Virus record (IMG/VR): IMGVR_UViG_3300012940_001454
Location: 1 to 42,603 of that record
Source: a virus
Taxonomy: Duplodnaviria > Caudoviricetes
Reading direction: 5' to 3' (one strand)
Length of the DNA stretch: 42,603 nucleotides
Part shown: positions 10,208 to 18,657 of the stretch, piece by piece
How positions within the stretch are numbered: position 1 is the stretch's first letter
How the letters are laid out: each line of letters starts with the position of its first letter
Notes under the pieces: generated by a model
Database searches by the model: none
Told to the model about the DNA's origin: nothing
Seen by the model: only the letters and a program-made list of their open reading frames with translations
Made by a program: the position numbers and the translations under genes

Positions 10208-10594
10208 TCAGCCGCCAGCCGGGTAAGGGCCGAGGATGGCGAGAGTGACGGTGGTCAGGGTCCCCGTGTGCTCGAGGGTTATCTGGCCATTGGCGTCACG
10301 GAAACGGTTGGTGTTGGAGATCCTGACGTACCGCTCCTCATCGGCGTCGAGGGTACCGTCGAAGATCTCCGCGTCAGCGAAGCCCGGCACCGCAGCCGAT
10401 CCTTCAGGGATGGGTGTGGTCGGGTCCACGACAGTGAACACCGCGGCACCGGTGGTGGTCGCGCCGTTCACGTAGTGGAGGATGTAGCTCGCGTCCGGTG
10501 CAGCATCGAAGACGTCCGATGCCGACACCGCCACGCGGTTGGGCGCCTCCCCGGAGAGACCCGGCTTGCGCACCTGAGCCGTGAGATCGGCCAT
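10208..10594 (-). CDS. Putative virion structural protein
   Basis: GAAAGGA RBS; beta-rich composition; directly downstream of major tail gene. Confidence 0.65.
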   Translation of the reverse strand: MADLTAQVRKPGLSGEAPNRVAVSASDVFDAAPDASYILHYVNGATTTGAAVFTVVDPTTPIPEGSAAVPGFADAEIFDGTLDADEERYVRISNTNRFRDANGQITLEHTGTLTTVTLAILGPYPAGG

Positions 10595-10641
10595 GTGCAT
10601 AGTCCTTTCAGGACAGTCCTATGTGGACGATGGGTCGCCGG

Positions 10642-11199
10642 TCAGGCGATGGCGGTCACAGCCTCGTTCTGGATGAAGTCGTAGACCACGTCGAAGTCGT
10701 CGCCCGGGATGAGACAGGCGAGACCCTGGCCGCCCGCGCCGGTCAGCCAGAACTGACCGTCGGTGAACTCGCCATTGAAGTCGTCCGTGGCCTTGCAGCG
10801 CCAGATGACGCAGTGCAGGTCACCGCCGGAGTCCGAGATGACTTGGCCCTCGACCTTGAAGTAGGGACGCTGGTCGGTCCGCTTCTTGCGGAACCGCTTG
10901 ACGCGAGAACCAGGCGTGGCGACCAGCTCCGAGACCACACCACCATACATGGCGGCGACGGCCTCGAACGAGTAGCCACCGGCCTCCAGCTCCCAGTTGA
11001 CGACCGGGCCAGCGCCGTGGGTCGCCACCAGGGAGTCATCGCCGCGGAGCTCCTCGAACTCCTCCGCCTCGGCGAACGAGAACGTCCGCGAGTTGGGGAG
11101 GTCGATGCTCGAGGCGGCCAGCACAGTCGCTGTCGCATCGGTGTACGGGGTGATCTTCACATCCCGCAGACCGAAAGGCAGAGAGATTGGCATGGTCAT
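10642..11199 (-). CDS. Major tail protein
   Basis: LPFGLRDVKI...FEELRGDD...RPYFKVEGQVISDSGGD; strong codon bias; AAGGAG RBS, ATG 11199. Confidence 0.88.
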   Translation of the reverse strand: MTMPISLPFGLRDVKITPYTDATATVLAASSIDLPNSRTFSFAEAEEFEELRGDDSLVATHGAGPVVNWELEAGGYSFEAVAAMYGGVVSELVATPGSRVKRFRKKRTDQRPYFKVEGQVISDSGGDLHCVIWRCKATDDFNGEFTDGQFWLTGAGGQGLACLIPGDDFDVVYDFIQNEAVTAIA

Positions 11200-11402
11200 G
11201 CCGCTTGCTCCTTTTTTCTTACCGGGAACGGATCCCGGAATCGTTGGTCTTCCCGACGTGCTCCTGTGAGAACATCCCACCGATGGATCACTACGACCCC
11301 CGGCTCGTGCTTACAGAAGCGCGAGGAGCACTTGACGTACAGGATCCCATCCTTGAGCTCCCCATGTTTCTTATGGTCGCACCGAAGGTCTAGTGCTTCC
11401 AT
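11196..11402 (-). CDS. Small zinc-ribbon protein
   Basis: LRCDHKKHG...VKCSSRFC; overlaps both neighbouring genes. Confidence 0.7.
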   Translation of the reverse strand: MEALDLRCDHKKHGELKDGILYVKCSSRFCKHEPGVVVIHRWDVLTGARREDQRFRDPFPVRKKEQAA

Positions 11403-11794
11403 CAGAACTTCCCCACGACAGAGAAGTTTGCCACCTTCACGATCGTTCGGTGGCCGTCGTCTTGCAAGTCCGGCCCATCGTTGTTCCAGGTGATTACCTG
11501 GACCTCAGACGTGCCATCGACCACACCCTCCAATGACTGCAGAACGGTGCGCAGCCTGGCGAGGATCTGGTCTATCCGTGAATAGTCAGCCGGTGTGTCG
11601 TGAACCCAGACCGCCAAGGTAGTCTGGATCGTCACCTGCTCACGGAATGACGGGAGGTTGGATCCCCACTTGAGATTCAAGAAGGGCCTACCCACCGGCG
11701 TATCGACATCCCCCGCTAGAGTTGCCTCCGGGGTGACGCCGAGTGACACAAGCTGAGCATCGGCCAGTATTGCGGCCCGGACAATGGTACGCAC
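11402..11794 (-). CDS. Tail terminator-like protein
   Basis: Synteny; PFL.LKW...VWVHD...YSRID.IL. Confidence 0.7.
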   Translation of the reverse strand: MRTIVRAAILADAQLVSLGVTPEATLAGDVDTPVGRPFLNLKWGSNLPSFREQVTIQTTLAVWVHDTPADYSRIDQILARLRTVLQSLEGVVDGTSEVQVITWNNDGPDLQDDGHRTIVKVANFSVVGKF

Positions 11795-11795
11795 C

Positions 11796-12167
11796 TTAGC
11801 CTCCCATCAGCTTAATGGCTCTCGCCACAGACGCAGTGACCATCGCCATTACCTCAGGTCCCATTGTCTGCAAAGTAGGAGCGATGATCGCGTAACGACC
11901 AGACCAGCGCACCTCGAGCCAGATCCCATACGGCATGGTGTGGTACAGGATCAGCTCATGAGCCACGAACGGTTCTTTCTCATGCCGGGCACGAAGGCCA
12001 GCCCGAGCGTTTCCCGTACGATCCGTCCACGGCGCATTCTCCCGCATGTATGACTCAGCACGGGGAACCGCCGCATCGAAGGCAAGATCCACGCCGGCTT
12101 CAACAGCGGGCATGAAGTTCTGCAAGTGGGGAGTCAAGTTATCGAAGTCCCAGAAGACCCGAGCCAC
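11796..12167 (-). CDS. HK97 gp10-like neck protein
   Basis: NAPWTDRTGNAR...YGIWLEVR...YAIIAPT. Confidence 0.8.
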   Translation of the reverse strand: MARVFWDFDNLTPHLQNFMPAVEAGVDLAFDAAVPRAESYMRENAPWTDRTGNARAGLRARHEKEPFVAHELILYHTMPYGIWLEVRWSGRYAIIAPTLQTMGPEVMAMVTASVARAIKLMGG

Positions 12168-12168
12168 C

Positions 12169-12540
12169 TTACCCCACCGGCAGACGACGCTCTACCAGGC
12201 CCTTCTTTTCGTAGCCGAAGCCCTCGGCCATGGCGACGATCAGATAAGTAGTGCCGTCTGCACCTGTCCAGGTGTCCCACACCTCCATGATGGAGTCATG
12301 CGTGCCGAGTAGCGTGTACGAGATGATCCTCTCCACGCCATCGACAAGCAGAGTGGGCCGCTGATCGAAAGTCATCGGGATAAGCTTGAAGGTCTGCTCA
12401 GCCCTCGGACTCTGTGGAACCAGCTTCCTGGCCCCGTTCGCCTGAATCTCCACTGCTTGTGGAGTCAGGATCACGACTGTCGGACTGTCGGCGATGAAAG
12501 CGGCGGTCATCGCCTGATTCACAGCCAAAGGCGTTGTCAA
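12169..12540 (-). CDS. Head-to-tail stopper-like protein
   Basis: Synteny; TTG start with GAAGGGG RBS. Confidence 0.65.
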   Translation of the reverse strand: MTTPLAVNQAMTAAFIADSPTVVILTPQAVEIQANGARKLVPQSPRAEQTFKLIPMTFDQRPTLLVDGVERIISYTLLGTHDSIMEVWDTWTGADGTTYLIVAMAEGFGYEKKGLVERRLPVG

Positions 12541-12547
12541 TACGCTC

Positions 12548-12679
12548 TCACCCCTTCACTCGCCAGTGGAAGTGGCTGCCTAGCTGTCGTATGTGGTCCT
12601 CGAGAAGATGAAGTTTTCTGAAGGACGATCGACAGTGGCATTTAAACTCGTGCTTCTCTCGCCACTTACCCTCAGCACA
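12548..12679 (-). pseudogene. Start-less 43-codon frame with C2H2 zinc-finger-like pattern
   Basis: CAEGKWREKHEFKCHCRSSFRKLHLLEDHIRQLGSHFHWRVKG*, in frame directly after the TAA of 12680..13009. Confidence 0.35.
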
Positions 12680-13009
12680 TTACGGTCGCTCGATCTCCAC
12701 CACGTAGCTGTAGCCGGTGAGATCTTCCTCACCTTCTGCAGCCTCGCCTTCGGCCAGCTTGCGGTAGTGGCTGGCCATCTCCAGCGCGCCTGTTCTCAGC
12801 TGGGACAGTCGACGGGTTGAGCCGCTCTCTCCCATGTCGACCATGCCTGCGTAGGTCGCCGCCTTCTCAAGCCAAGCCTGAGAAGCAGCCGCATTCATGG
12901 ACGCCGAAGCATCGATCAGGGCCGAAATGTAGGCGTCGGTCCATGGCTCCGCATCGGTCAGCTCGCCAATCATCCGGCGGAACTGAGTGATCTGCTCCGA
13001 CGTTGCCAT
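12680..13009 (-). CDS. Head-to-tail adaptor
   Basis: RRMIGE...WTD..I...AA..W..KAA...ESGS.R.LSQL; downstream of capsid. Confidence 0.75.
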   Translation of the reverse strand: MATSEQITQFRRMIGELTDAEPWTDAYISALIDASASMNAAASQAWLEKAATYAGMVDMGESGSTRRLSQLRTGALEMASHYRKLAEGEAAEGEEDLTGYSYVVEIERP

Positions 13010-13012
13010 GGG

Positions 13013-13363
13013 CTACTCCTCGGGGTGAGCAGCGTCCCAGGCACGCATGGCGGCGATCATCTCGGCCCGGCTGGTGCAGCCGGTGAAGTCGACCGGCGGA
13101 GTCCGGCTTTCGCCCTCCTCACGGAGCTCAGCCTTCTTCCAGTTGTCGTAGTCGTCCCCCTCGTCCACACCACCCTCCGCAGGAGTGCTCGAGGGGCCGA
13201 CGCCGAGCTCTCGCTCGATCTCGTCTTCACCCTCGATGACGGGCCGGCCGTGGAGGGCCTCGTTGAGGTCCACCTCCGCGTGACGATCGCGCTGGCGCAG
13301 CCAGCCCTTCTCCTCCGCGGTGAGCGGACGACTCTCAATATCCGCCCGCGTGATGTTCCGCAT
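13013..13363 (-). CDS. Hypothetical protein with C-terminal HeH/Rho-N-like helical motif
   Basis: YDNWKKAELREE...SRAEMIAAM; AGGAG/GAAAG RBS. Confidence 0.65.
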   Translation of the reverse strand: MRNITRADIESRPLTAEEKGWLRQRDRHAEVDLNEALHGRPVIEGEDEIERELGVGPSSTPAEGGVDEGDDYDNWKKAELREEGESRTPPVDFTGCTSRAEMIAAMRAWDAAHPEE

Positions 13364-13411
13364 TTCTTGTCTCGCTTTCTCCTAAGACACCCCAGGTGTC
13401 TTTGGTATCCA

Positions 13412-13451
13412 AGAGAAAGGGCGGTCCCCCTCTATATGAGGACCGCCCCTT
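13412..13451 (-). terminator. Intrinsic terminator after major capsid gene
   Basis: Minus strand GGGCGGTCC-loop-GGACCGCCC followed by TTTCTCTT. Confidence 0.75.
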
Positions 13452-13465
13452 CAGTTGACGAAAGG

Positions 13466-14716
13466 TCAGGCGTAGACGCTCGGGATGTCGTACGAGGGAT
13501 CCGCGGTGACCTCCATGACCATGCCCGCGCCGCGGTGCCGGATACCGGTACCGAAGCCGACCGCCCAGAAGGAGTCGATCAGCGGGTAGTTGGCCTGCTT
13601 GCCCTTGACGAGTCGGAGACCGCGGAGCTGCGCGTTCGCGTGCTCGCGGAAGCCGACCGGGTTGCCAAGCGACTCGGAACCTCCGGTGCAGAAACCGAAG
13701 ATGTGGGTCGTCGGCAGCCAGTCGTCCTGGACGATGATCAGCGGCCCGTAGGTGCCGATCACGTTCAGGCCGGCCAAGGTGTTGGCGATCTGGCCCTGGC
13801 CGAAGAACTGCTGGTTGGTGTTGAGGATGACGCCGGGCTGGCCCTGGGCCGGGATGAAGTCGTAGGTGCCGGTACCGCCGTTGGCGACGGACCGGAACCC
13901 GCGAATCACCGAGCCCTGGGTCGTGTGCACCATGAGGACCTGGCGGTAGCCGTTCGCCTGCGAGTAGCCGTGGCTCTCGAAGTCGGCGATCATCTCGTCC
14001 AGGTCACCGGCGACGAGAGTGCCGGCGCCCGTGGTGCGGTAGTGGTTGTGGGTGCCCAAGAACGTGTTGTTCTTGTACGGTGGAGGCACGGTGCCATCGG
14101 CGTTGTAGAACTTGTAGACGGGCACGCTGTTCTGGTTGATCGTCGTGGTCAGGTTGTTGTTGTTGAACACCGTCTTGAGCACTTCGAACAACTGCAGGCG
14201 ATAGAACGCCTCGACCGCCGCGTTGGCGACCGAGTCCACCATCGCCGCGGTAGCGTCCGCGAGGTACTGCCAGGTGTAGCGGCTGGCGAGGTCGTACCAC
14301 TTGAACGTGTAGCCCATGTTGAAGTACGTGGGCTGCACCCGCGACGCGACCGGCTCGCCGAACTCCGAGGCTTCCTCGAAGTCGACACCTTGGCCCTGCT
14401 GGGCCACGAGTTCCTGCGGGTTCGAGACCTGGAAGGTCAGGAATCGCAGCAGAGCCTGACGCTCGCTGTTGACCACGTTCAGCAGCTGCATGAACTCGGT
14501 CCAGATGATGTTCAGGTCCCGGCCGTCGGTCGTCTGAGTGACGATGTCCGCGGCGGTGTGGAAACCCTGAAGCGGTTCAGAACCGCCGGCGATGCCCGGG
14601 AGGATGCCCAGCTCGAGCAGATCCGCGAGGACCATGCCCTTCTTGCTGCGCAGCGCCACCGGCGCTTCGAGGATGCGGTCCGGGCCCATGCCCGGGGTCC
14701 AGAGCTGCGTCTTCAT
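13466..14716 (-). CDS. Major capsid protein
   Basis: ~416 aa from the ATG in the TGATG overlap at 14716; DFEEASEFGEP; strong codon bias; downstream terminator. Confidence 0.9.
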   Translation of the reverse strand: MKTQLWTPGMGPDRILEAPVALRSKKGMVLADLLELGILPGIAGGSEPLQGFHTAADIVTQTTDGRDLNIIWTEFMQLLNVVNSERQALLRFLTFQVSNPQELVAQQGQGVDFEEASEFGEPVASRVQPTYFNMGYTFKWYDLASRYTWQYLADATAAMVDSVANAAVEAFYRLQLFEVLKTVFNNNNLTTTINQNSVPVYKFYNADGTVPPPYKNNTFLGTHNHYRTTGAGTLVAGDLDEMIADFESHGYSQANGYRQVLMVHTTQGSVIRGFRSVANGGTGTYDFIPAQGQPGVILNTNQQFFGQGQIANTLAGLNVIGTYGPLIIVQDDWLPTTHIFGFCTGGSESLGNPVGFREHANAQLRGLRLVKGKQANYPLIDSFWAVGFGTGIRHRGAGMVMEVTADPSYDIPSVYA

Positions 14717-15159
14717 CAGGCCGCGTCTCCGATCTTCTGGCACCGCACGACGAGGCGAGTGGCCTCGACCATGTGGCCGACGTAGAAGCCGACGGTGGCG
14801 TCCGCGGGAGCGGTCGTGGTGAGCCGCGACGCGGTGGCGTCGTAGTACACCTTCTGACCGGCCGTCGGAGCAGCACCGCCCTGGAAGTCGTCGCCGTCGA
14901 TCTCCACGATCTCACCGGCGGTCATGACGTCGACCGGGTCGCCGGCCTCCTTCGGACCGGTGAGCACGATGACGCCGACACAGTCGACGGCAGCAGCGGC
15001 CTTGACCACACGGCCCGAGCCATTGATGCCGACGACCAGAACACGGTTAAGGTCCGTGACGCCGGTCGGGCCGGAGGTCGAGTTCCACGCCGCGTTGAGC
15101 TTGGCTCGGAAGCCACCCACGCGGGGGTCGTACTTGTCATACCTTGAAATGGGAAACAC
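14716..15159 (-). CDS. Head decoration/cement-like protein
   Basis: Between scaffold and capsid; SRYDKYDP..GGFRA...DVMTAGEIVE; start is GTG 15159 or ATT 15150. Confidence 0.75.
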   Translation of the reverse strand: MFPISRYDKYDPRVGGFRAKLNAAWNSTSGPTGVTDLNRVLVVGINGSGRVVKAAAAVDCVGVIVLTGPKEAGDPVDVMTAGEIVEIDGDDFQGGAAPTAGQKVYYDATASRLTTTAPADATVGFYVGHMVEATRLVVRCQKIGDAA

Positions 15160-15166
15160 CTTCTTT

Positions 15167-15385
15167 CTACGTCTTGAGGTAACGATGTGCGGAGGCAATT
15201 ATTCGCCTGTCATGCCGCAGCATCCCGATTCCGACATTACATCGAAGGCATAGCAGCCCGCAGACACGTTTAGTTCCCTCAACGTGATCAACGTGTAGCT
15301 TAGGCCCTCGATTGTCACTTGGGAGTTCGCTACAGATGTCGCACCGTCCCTGACGGATGCTTACCATCTCGCGGTACTCTTGAAC
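15167..15385 (-). pseudogene. Truncated endonuclease VII-type (HNH) homing endonuclease
   Basis: EYREMVSIRQGRCDIC...LHVDH...VCGLLCLRCNVGIG...YL; N-terminal region missing. Confidence 0.75.
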
Positions 15386-15422
15386 TCCTTTGGGGTCCCA
15401 GACCCTATCGGGAGAAGAGGTG

Positions 15423-16277
15423 TCAGCGTCCGCCGAGTGCAGGGAATCGCTTGGCCAACTGCTCGCGCGTTGGTTGCGCTGTTTTCCCCTTGCCCTTGCG
15501 CTGACCGTTCATCGACGAAGCCGAACCACCGGAGTTGTCCCCGGTGCTGGTGTCCCCGTCCGCGTCGCCCTGCTTCGCAGGCTTGGGCTTCACCAGATGC
15601 GGATTCGCCTTTGCAAATCGCTTGAGCTCAACTACCAGCGACTTGCGATCGATGTTACCACGATCGTCAAACTCAACCTCGTAATCGTCATCCGCAAGAA
15701 GCAGCGTCATGACGTGAGACGGGTTGACCCAGTCGATCGTGTTGGTGCGGAGGAAGGCGTTCTCGATCTTGAGACGACGCTTTTCAGCTTCGTCCTCCTC
15801 ACGACGGCGGCGATCAGCCGGCGACTCTTCGTCATCGTCGTCTTCGTCGTCTTCCGGCTCCGTAGCCTTCTTGCCCTTCTTGACCTTGGCCTTCAAGGCA
15901 TCCAGCTCGGCCCTCAGAGCATCGAGCTCCCGCTCGGCCTTCTTCCGCCGCTTGTAGTGACGATCCTTCTCCTCCTCCAAAGCCTTGATCTTGGCCTTGG
16001 GGTCCTTGTCGTCGTCCCCGTCGTCGTCTCCGTCGCCATCATCACCATCCGCGTCGTCCCCGTCGTCTCCGTCGTCGTCACCTCCCCCGCCGGAGTCGTC
16101 GTCGCCTTCGCCACCGCCGACGATCGGCCACAACGGCTCGTCACCGACCACACCTACCGCTTCGAGCGGTTCGCCGGTGAGAGGGTGACGAAGGGTGGGG
16201 TGGAAGATCCCCGTTCCGGCCTTCCGTGCAGCGGTCAGACCGGGCTTGATGTGCCTCAGGCCCATCACAGTGCTCAC
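15423..16277 (-). CDS. Scaffolding protein
   Basis: Acidic D/G stretch, coiled coil, C-terminal L.KRFPAL; upstream of capsid; start uncertain (16334/16277/16265). Confidence 0.85.
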   Translation of the reverse strand: MSTVMGLRHIKPGLTAARKAGTGIFHPTLRHPLTGEPLEAVGVVGDEPLWPIVGGGEGDDDSGGGGDDDGDDGDDADGDDGDGDDDGDDDKDPKAKIKALEEEKDRHYKRRKKAERELDALRAELDALKAKVKKGKKATEPEDDEDDDDEESPADRRRREEDEAEKRRLKIENAFLRTNTIDWVNPSHVMTLLLADDDYEVEFDDRGNIDRKSLVVELKRFAKANPHLVKPKPAKQGDADGDTSTGDNSGGSASSMNGQRKGKGKTAQPTREQLAKRFPALGGR

Positions 16278-16287
16278 TTTCTCCGGC

Positions 16288-17184
16288 TCAGCCGGTGTTG
16301 GGTAGACGACCGAGTCGTCTTCTGAGCTCATCATCGAAGTCACCTGCAGCAACTGAGTCTGCAAACTGCTTCGGTGTGAGCGTTAGATACGTGAGATAGC
16401 AGAAACAGTGAGGATGTGGCTTACCTGGAACGTCTCCGACGCGGTAAACACCTCTCCCCAAGTCTGCATGGTCACGTTCTGCGTACTGATTGCAGATATC
16501 CGGGCGAGGGTGAGAGCCGGACAGGTTCCATTTCACACCCCGGACGCCGGGTGACTCAGCAACCTTGATCTGCTGCTGGTGGAAGGCGTTGTTGATCTCA
16601 GTCCGCGCAAGCCTCATCGCGGCGTAACTAGCCCCACCCGGCGTGGAAGGAGAGACGTATCGGTACACCTCCCTAGCTAGCTCCTTCGCAGACAGACCTC
16701 TGGTAAGTCCGCTACGGATCAGCCCATCGATGATACCCCTTGAGACAGCCTGGTTACGGTAAACCGCCTCTGACAGGGCTCGAGGGACTCTCGCATACGC
16801 AGCCTCTATGCCAGCACGTCCTGTCGCTCTCAGAGACCTTGTAAGCGCTTCAGCATCGCGCTCCGGCAGTGATGCGTACACGACGCGCGAAAGTGTCTCT
16901 ACGGCGCTCTCAGCTGCCTTTGCGGCCGCCTTGCCGCCGGTCATCACGGTACGTGTCACGTCGTCGCGCCACAAGTGAGCCAGTTCCTCGTGGATCGCGG
17001 CCAACGTCACGCGCAGCTGAGAGGCTCTTACCGTCGCACCGATGCCCGGTGTGACACGCAAGACCCTCAGCTTTCGCTCAATGTCTTTGGCCGCACCCTC
17101 GAGCATAGCTACCAGTTGAGCGTCATACTTCCTCTGAACGCTCAGGTAGGCCCGGAAGGTTGGATCACGCGCCGGCTGTGTCAT
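16288..17184 (-). CDS. MuF-like minor head morphogenesis protein
   Basis: AMRLARTEINNA...WNLSGSHPRPDIC...PHPHCFC. Confidence 0.85.
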   Translation of the reverse strand: MTQPARDPTFRAYLSVQRKYDAQLVAMLEGAAKDIERKLRVLRVTPGIGATVRASQLRVTLAAIHEELAHLWRDDVTRTVMTGGKAAAKAAESAVETLSRVVYASLPERDAEALTRSLRATGRAGIEAAYARVPRALSEAVYRNQAVSRGIIDGLIRSGLTRGLSAKELAREVYRYVSPSTPGGASYAAMRLARTEINNAFHQQQIKVAESPGVRGVKWNLSGSHPRPDICNQYAERDHADLGRGVYRVGDVPGKPHPHCFCYLTYLTLTPKQFADSVAAGDFDDELRRRLGRLPNTG

Positions 17185-18652
17185 CGCCCAACTCCGCATT
17201 CACCCTATCGGCCAAAGGATCTACGGTCTTCAGGGCGGGATCATTCGCTACACGAGTGCCCATGTCCGGCGGGAAGACATAGCCAAGCTTGGCCGCCTCC
17301 GTACGGTAGTACTCCGTGTCGATGACCTTCCGGTCCAGCATGTCGTTTAGCTCTCTGAATCGAGCCGCGCGGTCTACTGGAAGCTTGTCACCGACGACGC
17401 ACTTAGAGGCCACCTCGTTGAAGGTAGTCTCCTCATAGGCCGGGTACCACTGATTGATGATGTCGTAGAACATCTGATCGTGAGTGGCGATGATCAGGTC
17501 GTCCTTCTCCGCTGACTTGGCCAGAATGGGAGACATCTGCAGCGCGAGCGCGATGCCGGACTCGGCGATCTTCACGTCCACACTACCAATGGCAATGTCC
17601 GGCGAGGCAGAAGCCCACTGCAGGGACTCCCACAGGCGCGTCCAGTGATCGCCATATGGAACGACACTGCCCACACCCTGGATACGATCCATCTTGTGTC
17701 CCAGCGGCACGTGGTTAACCACGCCTGGGCCCATGCGCCACGGGACCTGCTGTTTGGTACGAGGGTCCACAGGGTGTGGAGCGTCCGTGACGTAAGTACC
17801 AATGCCTGCGAGGGCGAGAGCGAGCTCTTCGTCGGACATCGTCTGGTTCACCGCGGACATGATTGTCTCAAGCCCACGCAGTTCGGAGGAACCGAAGACG
17901 TTGCCCGGCTCCTCGAAGTTCTTGGTGTGGTACACGGGGATGGCCGTGATGGGCGGCGGCAGCGTGGTGACTGCTTTGATGACCCGCTCGGGCTGAGCGT
18001 CGAGGGATTCCCACGCATCGATGGCGTAGATTCCCTCATCCACAGTGACAGAGCCCAAGTTCTCACCTGAACCCGGGACCTTGCGGTAGGTCACGCGATG
18101 GACCTTGTTGTCACTGCCCTCGACGACCACCTCCGCCAGGATCACTGCCACCAGCTTGTCCTGGTTGTCCTCAGCGAACTGAGGGAAGTACATGGAGGGA
18201 TCGAGAGTCACCAGGGACAGCCGCTGACCGACAGGCTTCGTCGGGTCGGCCGTCAGATGCCAGATCCAGTCTCCCTGAATCTGTGCGTATCGCTTGGCAC
18301 CCAAGAACTTAGCCCGGAAACGCTCTCGGGCAAAGAGGTCTTGAAGCGCCATGCGACAGGCAATGACATCTGCCGAATCCACACCTCCTCCGCGTGTCGT
18401 CAGCTGTACGGCGAAGTCTGGCGCCGTGTAGCGATTGGACGTATCCACGATCGTTCGCGCAGAAGGGATGTAGAGAGGGTTGGCGTTCGTACCCCGCATG
18501 GTGACCTTGTACGTCTCGGGGACGTTCCAGTACATCCTCTCGTAGAGCTCGTAGCTCTGCAGTCGCTCCTGTTCCAGAGTATCAGTGACGTGTGCCGGCT
18601 TGGCGCCAAACAGTGCGCGCCCCGTCGCGTAGGGCGTGAATTCTCCTGCCAT
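17165..18652 (-). CDS. Portal protein
   Basis: 495 aa directly after terminase; FGSSELRG.E...ESGIALAL. Confidence 0.9.
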   Translation of the reverse strand: MAGEFTPYATGRALFGAKPAHVTDTLEQERLQSYELYERMYWNVPETYKVTMRGTNANPLYIPSARTIVDTSNRYTAPDFAVQLTTRGGGVDSADVIACRMALQDLFARERFRAKFLGAKRYAQIQGDWIWHLTADPTKPVGQRLSLVTLDPSMYFPQFAEDNQDKLVAVILAEVVVEGSDNKVHRVTYRKVPGSGENLGSVTVDEGIYAIDAWESLDAQPERVIKAVTTLPPPITAIPVYHTKNFEEPGNVFGSSELRGLETIMSAVNQTMSDEELALALAGIGTYVTDAPHPVDPRTKQQVPWRMGPGVVNHVPLGHKMDRIQGVGSVVPYGDHWTRLWESLQWASASPDIAIGSVDVKIAESGIALALQMSPILAKSAEKDDLIIATHDQMFYDIINQWYPAYEETTFNEVASKCVVGDKLPVDRAARFRELNDMLDRKVIDTEYYRTEAAKLGYVFPPDMGTRVANDPALKTVDPLADRVNAELGDDTAGA

Positions 18653-18657
18653 ATCTC

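Noticed and set aside
13025-14785. 586-aa plus-strand ORF, and similar long antisense ORFs (358..867, 10621..11493, 15390..16325, 18098..18955, 40381..41271)
   Set aside because: Shadows of strongly GC3-biased genes on the opposite strand; no motifs or RBS
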